Shown: positions 37,297 to 50,253 of the stretch, piece after piece | How the letters are laid out: every line of letters begins with the position of its first letter | How positions within the stretch are numbered: position 1 is the first letter of the stretch | NCBI GenBank assembly: GCA_028534125.1 | Contig: CM052824.1 | Span: 39,432,001 to 39,496,000, forward strand | DNA length: 64,000 nucleotides | From: Lama glama | Lineage: Eukaryota | Reading direction: 5' to 3' | Made by a program: the position numbers and the translations under genes | Notes under the pieces: model-generated | The model's database searches: none | What the model was told of the DNA's origin: nothing | What the model saw: only the letters and a program-made list of their open reading frames with translations

Positions 37297-37920
37297 TGGA
37301 GGACACAGGGCCCTCTGGGTCCCTCCGTGCGCCGTGACTGGTCTCGCCACCATGTGGACCCAGCCCCAGAACCCACATCTGATTTGCTTTATTGCTTCTT
37401 CTGGTCCCTCCCACACCACACAGCCACACACACCGGCTGCTCTGCTATGGCCAGGCAGACACAGTAGTCACTGAGGGGCCGGTGAAGAGGAAGACCGTGA
37501 GGGTTCTGGCCTGAAGGCTGCATCTGCGGGATGGTGGCCACAACTGCTCAGGCTTCTGTGCTGCTGGGAGGAGAGTTATGAAATGAACATTGCTGTCAGT
37601 CCGCGTTGGGAGACAGATTGGCCTCAAGTGGGAGGGGCTGGGATTGGGGTGATGCCTCTAGGAGGGATACCTACATGCCTCCTTCTGGTTTGCACTGGGG
37701 AGAGCTCAGAAATCTACCTGGCTCCCTTAACTAGCTTGGCCTGTCCTTTGTGCTCATTCTCCCTGACATCCTGTCCTGACAGCTTAGGAAGAGGATTCCC
37801 TCGGGAAGGAAAGCTGTTTCCTATTCTTGGGAGCCCAGGCTGTTCACCTTGGGACAGGTGAATTTGCTTGAAAACAATCACCATCTTTCATCCCCCCATC
37901 ACTGTATAGTGAAAAACTTG

Positions 37921-37926
37921 ATTAAA
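37921..37926 (+). terminator. SMIM12: Probable proximal SMIM12 poly(A) signal ATTAAA
   Basis: First poly(A) hexamer, about 625 nt after the stop; upstream TGTA (37903) and downstream GT-rich tract (about 37968-37982). Confidence 0.6.
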
Positions 37927-39174
37927 GTGATGTCTGAGAACCATATCGATCTAATCCTATCTTCCAGGTGGTGTTTGGGGTCTCCTTAGGAGTTATCCAA
38001 GAGCAGGAGAATATTGGCCTTTAACTAAGGAATTCGGGGCCCTGGAAGCGCAAGTTCCCAAGAGCCTTTTTAACATGATAACAAGAGGCTTATAAGACCT
38101 TTCAAAGTCTAAATTAGAGTAGACCAGGATGCTTAACAGTTGCTATCAGATTTTCCAAGTTCATATACAACACACACATACACACACTTCCCTGAAAAAA
38201 AGTAGTATATGTACATTAAAGAACATTTGGTAAGGATTTAAAAAACCCACACTCTGAGGGCTCTAATAGAGAAAGTTAGAAAGTTAGCATTTTGGTATCT
38301 TTCACTAATTCCTGGCCTGTTTTTTTAGATAGTTATCACTACTGTACATTTAATTTTATATTCTTTTTCACAGTGTTTCATATCATAATCATTTTTCCAT
38401 TTTATCACATGGTCTTCATAATCCTAGTTGTTTCTAATAGCTACGTAATTGCCCGTCAAGTGGAAATACAGCATAGTTTGTTTCTAACAGTTTCCCTATT
38501 GCTGGACATTTGGGTTCTTTCTGGTTGTTCACTAGGAGAAATACTTCAAAGAGTATCTTTATAAAGCATTTCCTGCATTTTGGACTAAATAGTAGGACTA
38601 GTAAATGGCATTTTGGATGAAATAGGACAGTTTTAAGGGTCTTGATGCATAATACTAAATGTCTTTCCTAAAAATGTTGTTGGTGGGTTTGGAAGGGGTG
38701 AGAGTGGAGAGCAGACCTATTGCCTCATGAGTCAACTGACCTTTAACCTGAGTGAGCAAAGGCAAGTAATGAGCAGCTGATGAAGAACAAACTACTTTAA
38801 AGTGGGGAGGGTGTTTGCCCTGCTACCTGTCTCAGGATCTGAAGTCTGATCTCAGGATCTTAACAGGTAGATGAAGGTAGAATTCCCAAACAGGTGGAGA
38901 TGCTGGCTGTGGAGGGGGAGGAGCTGAGGGGATGTGGAAGGGATGGGCAGGGAAGAAGGGGGCAAGTCAGTGGCTTCTCCTCCATTGAGGCCTAGTGGGA
39001 ACGTTGAAATGAACTGCTGTTGCTTCTCAGGGAATAAATCTGATGGGAACTGTGGGGAAGCAGTGTTGACTGTTGGCTTCTGAAGGAAGGATGAGGTTTC
39101 TGGTTCTGAAAGGATTGGCTAAGCTCAGCTTGTTTATGGCTCAGGCTGGCCCGCAGCCCTCATTGGCAGACCAG

Positions 39175-39192
39175 TGCTGCCCCCTTGTGGCA
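39175..39192 (-). promoter_or_regulatory. CTCF motif (predicted)
   Basis: Minus strand reads TGCCACAAGGGGGCAGCA. Confidence 0.6.
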
Positions 39193-39231
39193 GTCCTGAG
39201 TATGACCCAGCCCGAATCCCCTGGGCTAAAC

Positions 39232-39546
39232 GCAAGAGTAGCAAACTGGCCATGGAAGTCAGTGGGTTGGCTCATGGCTTAAATGAGCCGCCAGGCAGAG
39301 GGCTGGAAAGCACAGGCCTACCTGAAGGGGGCAGTAGTTCTGCAGCTTCTTCCAGTTTGTGCTGCTTGCCCAGTGATACCAGATTTTTTTGGGTCCCCCC
39401 AACAAGGTGCTAGAAATTGTTTTGTGTGTGTGTGCATGTAAACTTCTGATTTTCAAATGTTGACAACTTGTTTAAAAAAAATTCTAAGCATGCTAACATA
39501 CCCATGGGGCTAATCTGACACAGTGGCTGCCAGTTTGCCACCTCTC
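39232..39546. mobile_element. hAT-Charlie relic (MER102-like)
   Basis: Imperfect inverted termini gcaaactggc (39241) and gccagtttgccacctct (39529-39545). Confidence 0.45.
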
Positions 39547-40664
39547 AAACTGCCCCTTGCCTTCTAATGAAATCTGAGAGAGGCCTTGTTTTGAAGCCAT
39601 CTCTCAACTGTGGCAAATGTTAGATCCTAGGATTGGTTTCCCTTGAAACATTTTTGGGCATTCTGCACATATGTAGTTTAGTATCAGCCTAAGCAAAACA
39701 TTAGAGGACAGAAAACCTCAGAAGTAACACCAAAAAAGTTTTCCCACAGACTGAGACATTTTTGGAGTTCCAGATATTTAAGAATAACCCTGTCACTGCT
39801 AATGTGTCTCCTCCCAGTGCCCGGCGGAGGAAGCCCTATCTTTGGAAATCCAAGTTGCTCCCCTTTTCCAGACTCACTCTGTGCCCCCTTTAAATAACTT
39901 TATTTCTGAGGGCTTGCCTTCAGTGAATTTCTGCCTCCAGCAAGTCTGTTAATATTCTCCACCGGGTCTCTCTTTCCCGTGGGCTAGTAGAGCTCTGCTG
40001 CCGCGGCGGGGCTGGGAGATCGTGCGCACTTTCTGCTCGGGTGACTTAAGTAGCAGGGTTTCTGTGGACGCAGCACAGGCAGGCCAGGCTTGCTGGGCCT
40101 GTCCAGGGCACAGACTGGTTTTCTTCCACACGTGCTGATTCACTCTGGAGACATGTGAGCCTCTTTTTGGATTGGCCCCGCAGCCACGATTCCCTGAAAC
40201 ATTAGGAAGTAGACGTGCTTGGGGCTTTCTGCCTGACACCCCACCCTCGGGTCTCTTCCCGGCCCAGCGATAGTGTTGGCTTTAGAGCAGCGTTATCCTG
40301 TCTGTGCACGGCAGGGGTCACTTCTCTGCCCTCAGCAGCCAGCGTCTGGTGCTTTTCCACTCTCTCTCGAGCCTTTCCTGTGCCTGTTGCTGTGTTAGCA
40401 TAAGTCAGCTGGGCAGCCGCCAGGACAGGCCTGTCAGGGGGCCCTTTGACTCCAGTCTGCTTCCCTGGGCCCTGAACCGGTGAGGCTGTCAGCTGATCGG
40501 AACACCATGGGATTAGCTCCCCAGAGTCACTCGGGAGCCAGGCAGTGAAAGCGAAAAGGCTCGTGCCTTGCCTCACTTTCCCTTTTCCACTTGGGTTGAG
40601 TCTCCAGGCGCTTGTAGAGCGGTGAGCCAGGGTGGGGTGGGAGAGTGCAAATCAGGTGGATTCT

Positions 40665-40880
40665 AGAGTCTGGCAGACGTAGGAATACGGCCTAAGCAGG
40701 TAACTGAGTGACCTTGGCCAAGTCACATGGTCTTTCTGAGCCTCTGTTATCAGTTTTCCTCATCTGTAAAACAGGGATAAGAATACCTACTTCTGTTGGG
40801 TTGTTACAATGCTGAGGTAACATAAGTAAAGTTCTTAGCAGTGTCCATGGCAACAAGTAGGTGCTCGATAAATGTTGGCT
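40665..40880 (+). mobile_element. MIR SINE
   Basis: gtgaccttggccaagtcac...cagttttcctcatctgtaaaacagggataagaatacctac. Confidence 0.75.
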
Positions 40881-41509
40881 GCTTTGGTTTTATTGCAGGA
40901 AAAAGTTGTATGTATCCTTGTGATCCTGGTGAGTGGGGGCCCAGAGGGGAGAGCCACTTTGGGAGAGTGATCACAGGGACCAGCGCAGGCTTGATGGTTG
41001 AGGGCTTCTTAGGAGTATTTTACAGGAAGCACTGCCTTGTGTAAGAACCAGGCTGGCAGGGGGCAGTGCAGGCTTCAGACCTGTGTTGCTCAGTAGTGGT
41101 GCTGCCCGGGCTGCAAGGTCAGGGACAAGAAGTGGGCAGCGAGGTGCTGGGGGACTCCTGAGACTGTCATGCATCGGAGTGGGAAGAGGAGAGAGCCTCA
41201 GACTTGGAGGCAAGAGGACTGGGTGGCTGGGGACATGCCCCTTCACCTCTAGGCCTTGGTGTCCCCGACACTATCATGCTCTCTGCTGTAGTGAGAAGAG
41301 GGAGAAACCAGCTGAGAGGGTGCTTCAAAAACGTGCAGGAGCCGTTATGCCCCTGTAAGACCTCGCTCTTACCCAGCTGGGATGGCAGCCATGTGAATAA
41401 TGGAATGGACATAAATGCTCCTTTTTATCCTTTTTCTGAACTGTCTCTCAAAAGTATTTGCTAAATAGAAGCCTTTGGGGAATCAGCTTTAAGAGTAAAG
41501 AGGAGTGTC

Positions 41510-41642
41510 GGGGGGAAGGTATAGCTCAATGGTGGAGTGCATGCCTATCATGCGTGAGGTTCCGGGTTCAATCCCCAGTACCTGCATCAAAAAAATAAGT
41601 AAGTAAACCTAATTACCTCCCCTGGCCAAAAAAGAAAAAAAA
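41510..41642 (+). mobile_element. tRNA-Ala-derived SINE (Vic-1-like) with 16-bp TSD
   Basis: A-box and B-box (GGTTCAATCC) present. TSD aagagtaaa(g/c)aggagt at 41491-41506 and 41643-41658, preceded by TTT (L1 endonuclease site). Confidence 0.9.
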
Positions 41643-42129
41643 AAGAGTAAACAGGAGTAATTAGTAATTAGTGTGTATTATTTTGCATCCTGTTCCAGTG
41701 GTGCCTTGATGTACTTAAAAACAGTTTATTCTTTTTGAGTTAAATTGGTTAACATTAGTTATCTGTTTATCAAATCCTTTTCACATAATGCAAAGATAAA
41801 CCCTGGCTTTGTTTTCTGTTTAAAAATTCCAAATGGGTCCTCCAAATATTTTTGAGCTTTTTTAAACATCTTTGCTGGTATCCCAGAAAGGGCGGTTCTT
41901 TCTAGAAGAGCCTAAAGTCCTTTGTGCCCTTATGTCCCTCTTTTCTGCCCCTATTCCCTCCTGGCTCCTCTGTCCACTTCTGTTTGCTTCCAGGTCTGAG
42001 CTGCCAGGTGCAGCTGGAGAATTTTGCATAACCGTGTTGTCTGGTGCTCTCCACTTCTGGGTTCTGGATGCAACCTTCAGGGTGATTTTTTTTTTTAAAC
42101 TGAGCTCCCCAAGTCCTCAGCCCATCCCT

Positions 42130-43395
42130 GCACTCATTGTAGCTCTTGCTGCTTGCTGTCCACCTCCACCACGACGGTGCTGAAGCCAGTTTCGCTAAAA
42201 GCCTTAGTGATTGCAAATCTCGGGCCCTCGTTTGGTCCCAGTCATGCTCGAGTGCTTGCAGGGTCCGGCACTCTTCGTGGAACTCTGTCTTGACATCACT
42301 ACCACCTCAGTTTCTTTTTCTAGTTCTCTCCTCTGCCGCCGCTCCCTCCTAGTGTTCTTCTGGCTTCACCCTTGGCTGTGTTCTTGCCGAGCCGTTTTAG
42401 TCTCGCCTGTGGCTTCAGCCCCCGGCTCTGTCTGCCTCGAGGATTCCCAGGTGTCATCTCTAGTTGTGAATTTCCCCCGAGGTCCCGGGTCACTCTCTGA
42501 AACAGCTCTCTGTGCGTCTCCTAGATTTCCCATGGAGGATGATGGTGAAGAGTGTTGACCTGGATTTGAAACTTAACTCTGTCATCTAGTTGTGTGATCA
42601 GAAAAACCGTTCACTTTTCTAAGCATTGTCCGTACAATGGGGAAGGTTCTCATGTAGACTGAGAGTGTTTGTAAAACACCTGGCATGGTGTCTGGCATAG
42701 ACTCCGTCTCCTCTCACCTGTTTCTTGGGTATGTCTGTCCGCCCTCTCCCCCTCTCATGGGTTCCATCACCAGCCTGTAGGGACCCACTCCTTTATCTGG
42801 AATTCATCCTGTTCTCCATCTCATTCCCGGCTTCAGGCCCTTGTCATCTCTTACCTCAAGTTTTGGTATCTTCCTGAAATTTCCCATTCTGGCCAGCATT
42901 TTCATTCTAAAACACATTTTTGGTGAGATCACTCCTTAAAGACCTGCATGGCTTCTCTCCCAAGGCCCCTTGTGTGCCATGCTGGTGCTTCCACTGTCTG
43001 GCCCCAGCCTCCCTCCCATCATCCCCAGGACAGAACCTAGTTTTTGCCATTTCCTGAACGTGTTATACTTATTCAAATCCTGATGCCTCTGTGCGCACCG
43101 TGCATTGGGCCTCCTTGTGCACTGTGCATTGGGCCTCCTTGGGTACCTGTGAACTGTTAACACTCCTAGCAGAGTGCATGGGCACATGCCCACTCCCTGC
43201 AGCAGAGACTGCCATTCCATCTGCTTCTCTAGCCCTGTTAGCCCTGTGTTCACTCTCCTGCTGCAGCATTTACACGGGCACTGTGAGGGGCGTGTGTCTG
43301 TCCCGGTCCAGGCTGTGAGTTCCTTGAGGGCAGGGACCAAGTCTTACCCTGCCCCTCGCACAGAGTCATTTTCAATACATGTTGAGTGAATTAAG
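42130..43395 (+). mobile_element. Degenerate L2 LINE (interrupted by a MIR)
   Basis: gatcactccttaaagacctgcatggcttctc; 3' end ctgtgagttccttgagggcagggacc...tcaatacatgttgagtgaat. Confidence 0.55.
43095..43142. repeat. 24-bp tandem duplication (2 mismatches)
   Basis: gcaccgtgcattgggcctccttgt / gcactgtgcattgggcctccttgg. Confidence 0.9.
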
Positions 43396-45375
43396 AGGCC
43401 CCTGAGTGTGATTCTGGGATGGAGCAGGTCCTGGGGCTGGGTGCGGTAGTGGGGCTCCCAGGTATGTGCTTGGAGCTGATGGTGCCTGTGTTGTGCTACA
43501 GCTTTGCCTTCCCCAAGGCTGGTCATGAGCTAAACCAAGAGAAACCACTGGCTTCATTTTCCCAGGAGAAGTGGGGCTTGGACAGAGGGCGGGCCTTCCC
43601 CTCTGGGTAGGACCTGGACCAGCAGAGCCCATGATGAATTTGACCTTGATGACTTTGCAGTGGGGAACAATGTCCTCAGGAAGGCATTCAGGAAGCCCTT
43701 CGTGTAGTAGTGATCAAAGCTGTGTAGCAGCTCAGCAGGGTGGATGGGAGCCCTCCAAGGAGCCCGGTGGGGCCCTGGGTCAGAGCCCAAGGAACCACTT
43801 AATGCCTTTTCCAGGTGGGGTTCTCCCTCGGCCTCAGCAGGCCCCTGGGTGAACCCTGTGGAACATGGAAATCCTGGGAAGGCGTCAATGCCTGGGAACC
43901 CGAGGGAGCCGCTGCTTCTAGAGTGTCTCTGCTCTGTCTCCATTTTCCCCCTAGTGCCTTCCCTCTGGCCTCGGCTGGTAGGTAAGGCAGGAAGGAGCCT
44001 GGAAAACTGGGTTGGAGCACGCTTTGGTGTCCTCATTTCCTCAAGGAGCTGGTGTAAAATGTCTCGAATTGCTAGGAAGCCCTATTCGTTTGTCCCTCCT
44101 CCCTAAGGTGCTCAAACTGAAGAGGGAGGAGCACTGGTTGCCCTCATGCTGACTCGGGGTATCTGGGTCCAGAGCGGAGTTCTTGGCAGAGCTGGGCTTG
44201 CGGTCTCCCCACGACCCCTCCCCGTCCCAGTTTGCTTCTTGTCGTCACACCAAATGGAGGTCAGCTGGCTGGCGGACTGGTTGACTTGACCAGGGCAAAC
44301 GCCCTTGAGTGTCTGCAGGCTGGTGGGCGCATGGCTGACACCGCCACAGCCCCTCTGCTGGCAGCTCCTGAGACTTATCTCTGCCGGAGGCTGCAGCCTG
44401 CTTCTGCCCCCTTCCCGGTTTTGTTTTCCCAGCACACAGACCAACTATAAACCTTTGGGGGCAGCTCTGCCCCTTTGATGCTCTCCAAGCTGTTTTCCCC
44501 ACATGCAAGAGGGTAGGAGGTCACAGTCTTTCCCACAGATGGAGGCCTTTGTGTTTATAATTTGGTCAGTTGTTGACAAGGTAGACTTTGCTGCTGCTGT
44601 TGCCCCTAAAGCCCTGTCCTTGACTGTCTCTCGCCTCACCGTCCTGTGCTGGGGCTTCGGTGAGCTCCGATCCCAGCCTTTCCCTCCCCTCTCCAGAAAT
44701 TCGGCTCTGGAGTTAGACTGCTTGAGTTCAAAGCCCAGCACTGCCACTTACAGCTGTGTGTGTTTGGCCTTTGCCAAGCTGCTTAATTTCTCTGAGCTCA
44801 CGTGTCAGGTAGGGCTAATATATGACTTATCCCTCAGTTATTGTGAAGATGGAAAGACAGCATGCAAGGCATTTGGCACAGAGACTCACGTATAGTTAGC
44901 ACTTAGGAAAAGTTGGCTATTTTGATTAGTGGTGTTTTTCCATCCCATGCACTTATCCAGACTTCAAGACTCTGTCTCTGGCCTCTAAGAGGAAGCGAGC
45001 CCTTTGGTAATGCTGTGGCAGAGGGCTGGGAAACGGCGAGGGGCTCCCCCTGCTCTAACATTTGATGCTGCTCTGCCTCCCGTTAGCCTCCCGCACTCAC
45101 AGTCCCCCTGTCCTGCCCTGGTGTCTTGCAGCACCCCCAGCTGCAGCAGGTCCCTGATGCCCACACAGCCCTGCCTGGCTTGGCTCACTGACTGGCCTGT
45201 GGGCAGATGTGGGAGGCCTGAGGGACTGGGCAGCTAAGGGGTGGGGCTGAGCCGAAGGGGCCCTGCCTGGGTTATTGTGGCTCTGGGACCACCAACCCAC
45301 GGTGAGGCTCAGCTGAGAGAATACAGGAGGAAGTTCCCCAGGCCCCCCTCATGATCCCATGATGAGGCAGGGAAT

Positions 45376-45782
45376 TATCTTAGTTTGCTNNNNNNNNNNN
45401 NNNNNNNNNNNNNNNNNNNNNNNNNNNNNNNNNNNNNNNNNNNNNNNNNNNNNNNNNNNNNNNNNNNNNNNNNNNNNNNNNNNNNNNNNNNNNNNNNNNN
45501 NNNNNNNNNNNNNNNNNNNNNNNNNNNNNNNNNNNNNNNNNNNTGCCTCTTCGCATCGTTGTCCCTGTGGGCACCTGAGCTCCTGGTGTCTGCCTTTGTG
45601 TTCCAATCTCATCCTATAAAGACACTGATCAGATCGGATTAGAGCCCAGTAATGGCCTCATTTCACTTGATCACCTGGTTAAAGGCCTTATCTCCAGATA
45701 CTGTCACATTTTGAAGTACGGAATTGGAATGGGATCAGGGCTTCAGTGTATGAACTTTGGGGGACACAATTCAGCCTGTAAG
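45376..45782 (-). mobile_element. MaLR (MLT1A-like) solo LTR spanning an N gap
   Basis: ttagtttgct-[gap]-...cagatcggattagagccc...gggcttcagtgtatgaactttgggggacacaattcagcc. Confidence 0.8.
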
Positions 45783-47583
45783 AGGAGGGTAGATGGGGTA
45801 ACAGCATGGAAGGGCTGCCTCTGGGGAAACCTCCATAGGGGAGAGTAGCAGCGGCCAGAGCTGTGGACACGGGTGCCCAGCCTCCTGAGGCAGGAGCCCA
45901 CTGGTCCCTGGCCACTGGCCTGGTCCTAGGGTGAGACTGGTGCTGGCTCCCCCTCTCTGCCAGAGGCCTTTGGGTGGGAACCCTAGGCCGGAAGGCTCTG
46001 TGAGCTGATTATCCCTGTGGTCTCTGGGGTGAAGGAACAGTCAGTGGGCCCCAGCCACGGGTCCTGTCCTTCCCCTCCTTATCAGAGCCTGGACGCCCTT
46101 CCGCCTCTAGACCATGGCCCGAGGCTCTCCCAGCGGGGGCAGGCTGACTTTGAAGGGGACAGCCCTAGCTGCTTTAACTGAGCTCTGCAACTCTGGACCC
46201 TTCCACGTAGGGAGGGGTAGAAACAGCGCTGTGGGCAGATGGGTGGGGGGAGTGGTAGGAACCAGGCAGCTGTAGAATCTAAACGTCACTTCTGTTATTT
46301 TTTCTGGAAGATTTACCTGCCTGATTGTGTTGGTTCAGGCTGATATTCTAGTAAAGACTTTCTTCCCCCCTGAACTTTGTGGTTTTTGATAGAAGCTGAG
46401 CAGGGTGGGGAAGGGGCTCAGACATTTGCTGCGATTCAGAATTGGTCAGAGTCCACCTCACTTTCACTTTTATGCAGCCCCATTATGTGGGCTAGTCATT
46501 GTTTCCGGAGCCTCCGATGGTGCCTTGCCCCTCCCCAGCTCTCAGAGCCTCCCTCTGGGTTCAGCAGTCCTGGGTCTCAAGTGGCCGTGGGTCCCCCAGG
46601 GTCCAGGAGCCCGCCTGCGTCAGCAGCAGGGATGATGGCGCTTTAGGGCAGGTTGCCAGGCGCCTCCTGCCCAGCCAGCCCCTGGACTGCGGAGGTTTCC
46701 TGCTTCTTGGAAGAGGGCTGGAAGTGGGCAGCCACCCTCTCTCTGCTGTGGACCATCTTCGTCTCCGGAATCTCAGGCAGACAAATCCCAGAAAAGGCGA
46801 GAAGGGAAACCTGCTTGCTCACTGAGCTCCACTGGAGTAGTGGCTGCACGGGTCATGGTGTCTCATGGAATCCTGCCCAGATCCCTGCAAAGCGCACTTA
46901 CAGATGAGGACACGGAGACTCAGAGGCTAAGTCACCCTCTAAGTCACAGGAGGAGGGTGGTGGGAGTAACTGCAAGTCGGCTGGCTTTGGATTCTTTTCC
47001 ATCCCCAGGGAAGCCGGCTGCCCCTCCCTCTGCCCTTCCTCCCCTGTGAGGGTAGAGGGTGGAGGGTGGGAAAGTTGGTGAGGGCTTCCTCCCCTCCTCT
47101 TTCCTTCCATCTTGAGTCTTTGTTCTCCCCAATTCCTGGACACACCGGGCCTGGGGCTCCTAACTGGCTGCGCTGCTGCCCTCAGGTCCCCAGTGGCTAA
47201 GGGGAATGAATAGGTTGTCACTTGTTGACCTCTCCCTGCCTCCCACCAGCCCCCCTCACCCCAGCGCCCACAATGGCCTGAGTCTGATTCAGTGTCTGCC
47301 TTATTGAAAGTCGAGAACAATACTCACCAGGCTGGCTGCTGGGGGGGTGGGTGCAGCCCCCTGCCCCTCTCCTGGGTTGCTGCTTGCTGGGAAGTTGGGG
47401 AAGGACTTTCAGTGTCTGGAATGTGGGTGGGTGTGGTAGAGGGGGTGTGAGAGGAGGGGGCAAATAGTATCTTCACCCTTCACTTCTCAGTGCCAAGCAA
47501 GGCTGCGGGGAGTATGGATCTGCCTCTCATTAGCTGGTTGACCCTGGGCCAGTGACTTAACATCTCTGTGTGCTTGTCTTTAT

Positions 47584-47954
47584 TTTAAAAAAAATTTTTG
47601 TAATTGAAGTGTAATTGATTTATTATATAAGTTTCAGGTTTACGACATAGAGATTCACAATTTTTAAAGCTTATACCCCATTTAGAGTTATTATAAACTA
47701 TTGGTTATATTCCCCTGCTGTGCAGTATACCCTTGTACCTTATTTATCTGACACATAGTAGTTGGTACCTCCTAGTCCTCTACCCCGTCTTACCCCTCCC
47801 CCCTTTCCTCTCCCCACTGGTAACCACGAGTTTGTTCTCTGTATCTGTGAGTCTGTTTCTGTTTTCTTATGTTCACTAGTTTGCTTAATTTTTTTAGTTT
47901 CCAGATATAAGTGATGACATACAGTATTTGTCTTCCTCTGCCTAAGTCACTTCA
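47584..47954 (-). mobile_element. LINE-1 3'-end fragment with 14-bp TSD, inserted in a MIR
   Basis: L1 3' UTR motifs (ggtaaccacgagtttgttctctgtatctgtgagtctgtttctg); TSD gtgcttgtctttat at 47570-47583 and 47955-47968. Confidence 0.87.
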
Positions 47955-48339
47955 GTGCTTGTCTTTATATGAGGATTTACTACCTACATCACCAGGTAAG
48001 CGAGGGGAAAGCCCTACGCCTAGTGCCTGACTCCACGGAAGACACTCAGTACATTAGCTCTCCTCTTGCCCCACCTTCCTGCTGGTGGCTGGGTGGTCTT
48101 GATCTCCTTGACCAGCTCCTTCTGGGAGGCAGGGTGCCTGGGAAGGCAGAACCCAGGAAAGCCTTTTCCTGAGTCCAGTGGGACCCCAGTGAGGGCGGTG
48201 GCCTCCCCGCCTCCCAGCTTTCTTGCCGTGCTTTGCTTTTTTTGACAAGCAGGAAGCTAAAGGAAGATAAGGCTGAAGGGGTGACTTAATAAGCATTTGT
48301 AAGCCTATTGAAGGGTATCATCAGAGTAGAGTGACCAGC

Positions 48340-48960
48340 AGATACCGGGAAGTGTGTTCATTGTGCACCAGAGGTGTGCAAGTAGACGTGCGAAAGCCTT
48401 TCCCAGCAGAGGCCTGGGATCCTGGAACTGGGGAGAGGCAAGGGGTGGGTGACTGAGGAAAGCTGCAGACTCTTTAAAAATAGGTCTTCTGTTCTGCCTG
48501 GGCTTGGGTGGGGTTTGGCCTGGAGTCAGGTGAGACTGGTGGCATGGTTAGGGGCGAGGGTTGGGCCTGGAGGTAAACAGGGAAGCCCTGCCTCTGCCCC
48601 TGCCCCCAGCTCTGCGTTGCTGTATTTTCGGAGACAGCACAGGAAGTGGACCTTCACAATGTCAGGATACAGGAAGCTATCGGACTATTGAAGGCTACTT
48701 CCTGTGAGCTGGTCATTCACATACATTTGTCACCGGTTATCAGGCCTTTCGGGCCCTGCCATTGTCTGGAGGGGCTGCAAAAGCCTGGGGGCCGCCAGCA
48801 GAGGCTCTTGGACACAGACTGCACTATTGTACTGAACTGGCAGCACCCCATGGGGTGGGGAGGAAAGTGGTGGGTGCAAGGGGACGCCTGGCTCTCATTG
48901 TCATCGATTGCACAATGGGGCTGGGGGCTGGGGTCTGTTCCTGCTCATGGGAACCTGAAC
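48340..48960. promoter_or_regulatory. Candidate endothelial enhancer (ETS/SOX/MEF2/FOX/GATA cluster)
   Basis: ACAGGAAGTG 48639, ACAGGAAGC 48669, ACTTCCTGT 48697, TTAAAAATAG 48474, GTAAACA 48573, TTATCA 48737 and six ACAAT/ATTGT sites in repeat-free DNA. Confidence 0.5.
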
Positions 48961-50063
48961 TTCTAGGAGAAAACGGGGCTGGAGCAGGAGCCTGGCTTCA
49001 GGTGTGGTGCCACATAGAGCTGAAAAGGAGTTCAGGCACTTTGTTAGCAGTGGTGGGTTTTCTAGATTTCCCCCAAGAGCCAGTGTGATGTAAAATGGCC
49101 TTGGAATCAGGCAGACCTGGATTTTGAAGTCGTACTGTGCCACTATCAACTGTGTGACTTTGGGCAAGTTGCCTTACCACTCTGAGCTTCAGTCCTCCTG
49201 TAAAATAAGAATAGTCGTAGCTGCCTCATGGGGTGATTATTACTTGAGCAATTTGTTGAAGTTCTTAGCTTGGTACCTGGCAAGTCATGGATGTCTAAGA
49301 AATGTTAGTTCCTTCTCCACCCTCATCTCCTTCCCTTCCAGCTCACTCCTGACCCTGCTGTCTGGTTCTCCAGTGAGTGAGCAAATCAGTGTGCAGAGGA
49401 GATGAAGAGGTATTTTAATATCAGCCCAAACAAAGCAGAGCTCTGTCTTCCTTTATGCCAAGAATATCAAATCAACTGTTAATTATCTGCACTAATGGAA
49501 GGCGCAGAAGCAGATAATTTTTCTTTGGCCATGTGCCTTTGGCCTTATGTGTGGACCTGGGTGTGTCTGAGTTCTAGAAATGCACTTCAAGCCAAATAAT
49601 GAAGTTGTAACAGGGCAGACCTAGCTCAGGAAGAGGCAAGTTAGAGCACCATTTGGCAGCCCGCGGCTGTGCCCTGCCGGCCTCTACCCGTCAGGGCCAG
49701 GAAGGGGCACTTTCTTCCTCAGCTGCGTGATGAGGTGGGAAACCATGGATTTAGAGTCAGACATTTGAGTTCAAACCTTGACTCTGGCCCTAACTAACTG
49801 TGTGACCCTAGTTAAGTTATTAGACTCTTTGGAGTCTCAGTCTCTTCATTTATAAGGTGGAGATAATCCTGTTGACTCTCCAGGGGTTCTGTGAGAGTGA
49901 AATAAAGTGGTTTTGTTTTCTTTTCTTTCCCTTCCCCTCTTGTCTCTGTCACTTCAGCCCTACCCTGAACAGAGAGCCCTTTAGATTGTTCCTGGCTCAC
50001 GGATGTGGCTAAGGGTTTGGACCTTGGAAGGGCTGACTGCCCCAGCACATGGAGGAGGCAAGT

Positions 50064-50253
50064 CTGCTCTGTCCAATATGGTAGCCACTGGCCATGTACA
50101 AATATTAAAAGTGAAGTGAACTAAAATAAAAAATTCGGTTCTTCACCAGCCCATTTCAAATGTCCAATAGCCACACGTGGCTGGTAGCTACGGTGTTGGG
50201 CAGAGGAGGCAGGACGTTTCCATCACGGTAGAATGTCCCGTTGGACAGCGCTG
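50064..50253 (-). mobile_element. MER3-like hAT-Charlie non-autonomous element
   Basis: Terminal inverted repeats ctgctctgtccaa / ttggacagcgctg; internal tagccacacgtggctggtagctac. Confidence 0.85.
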
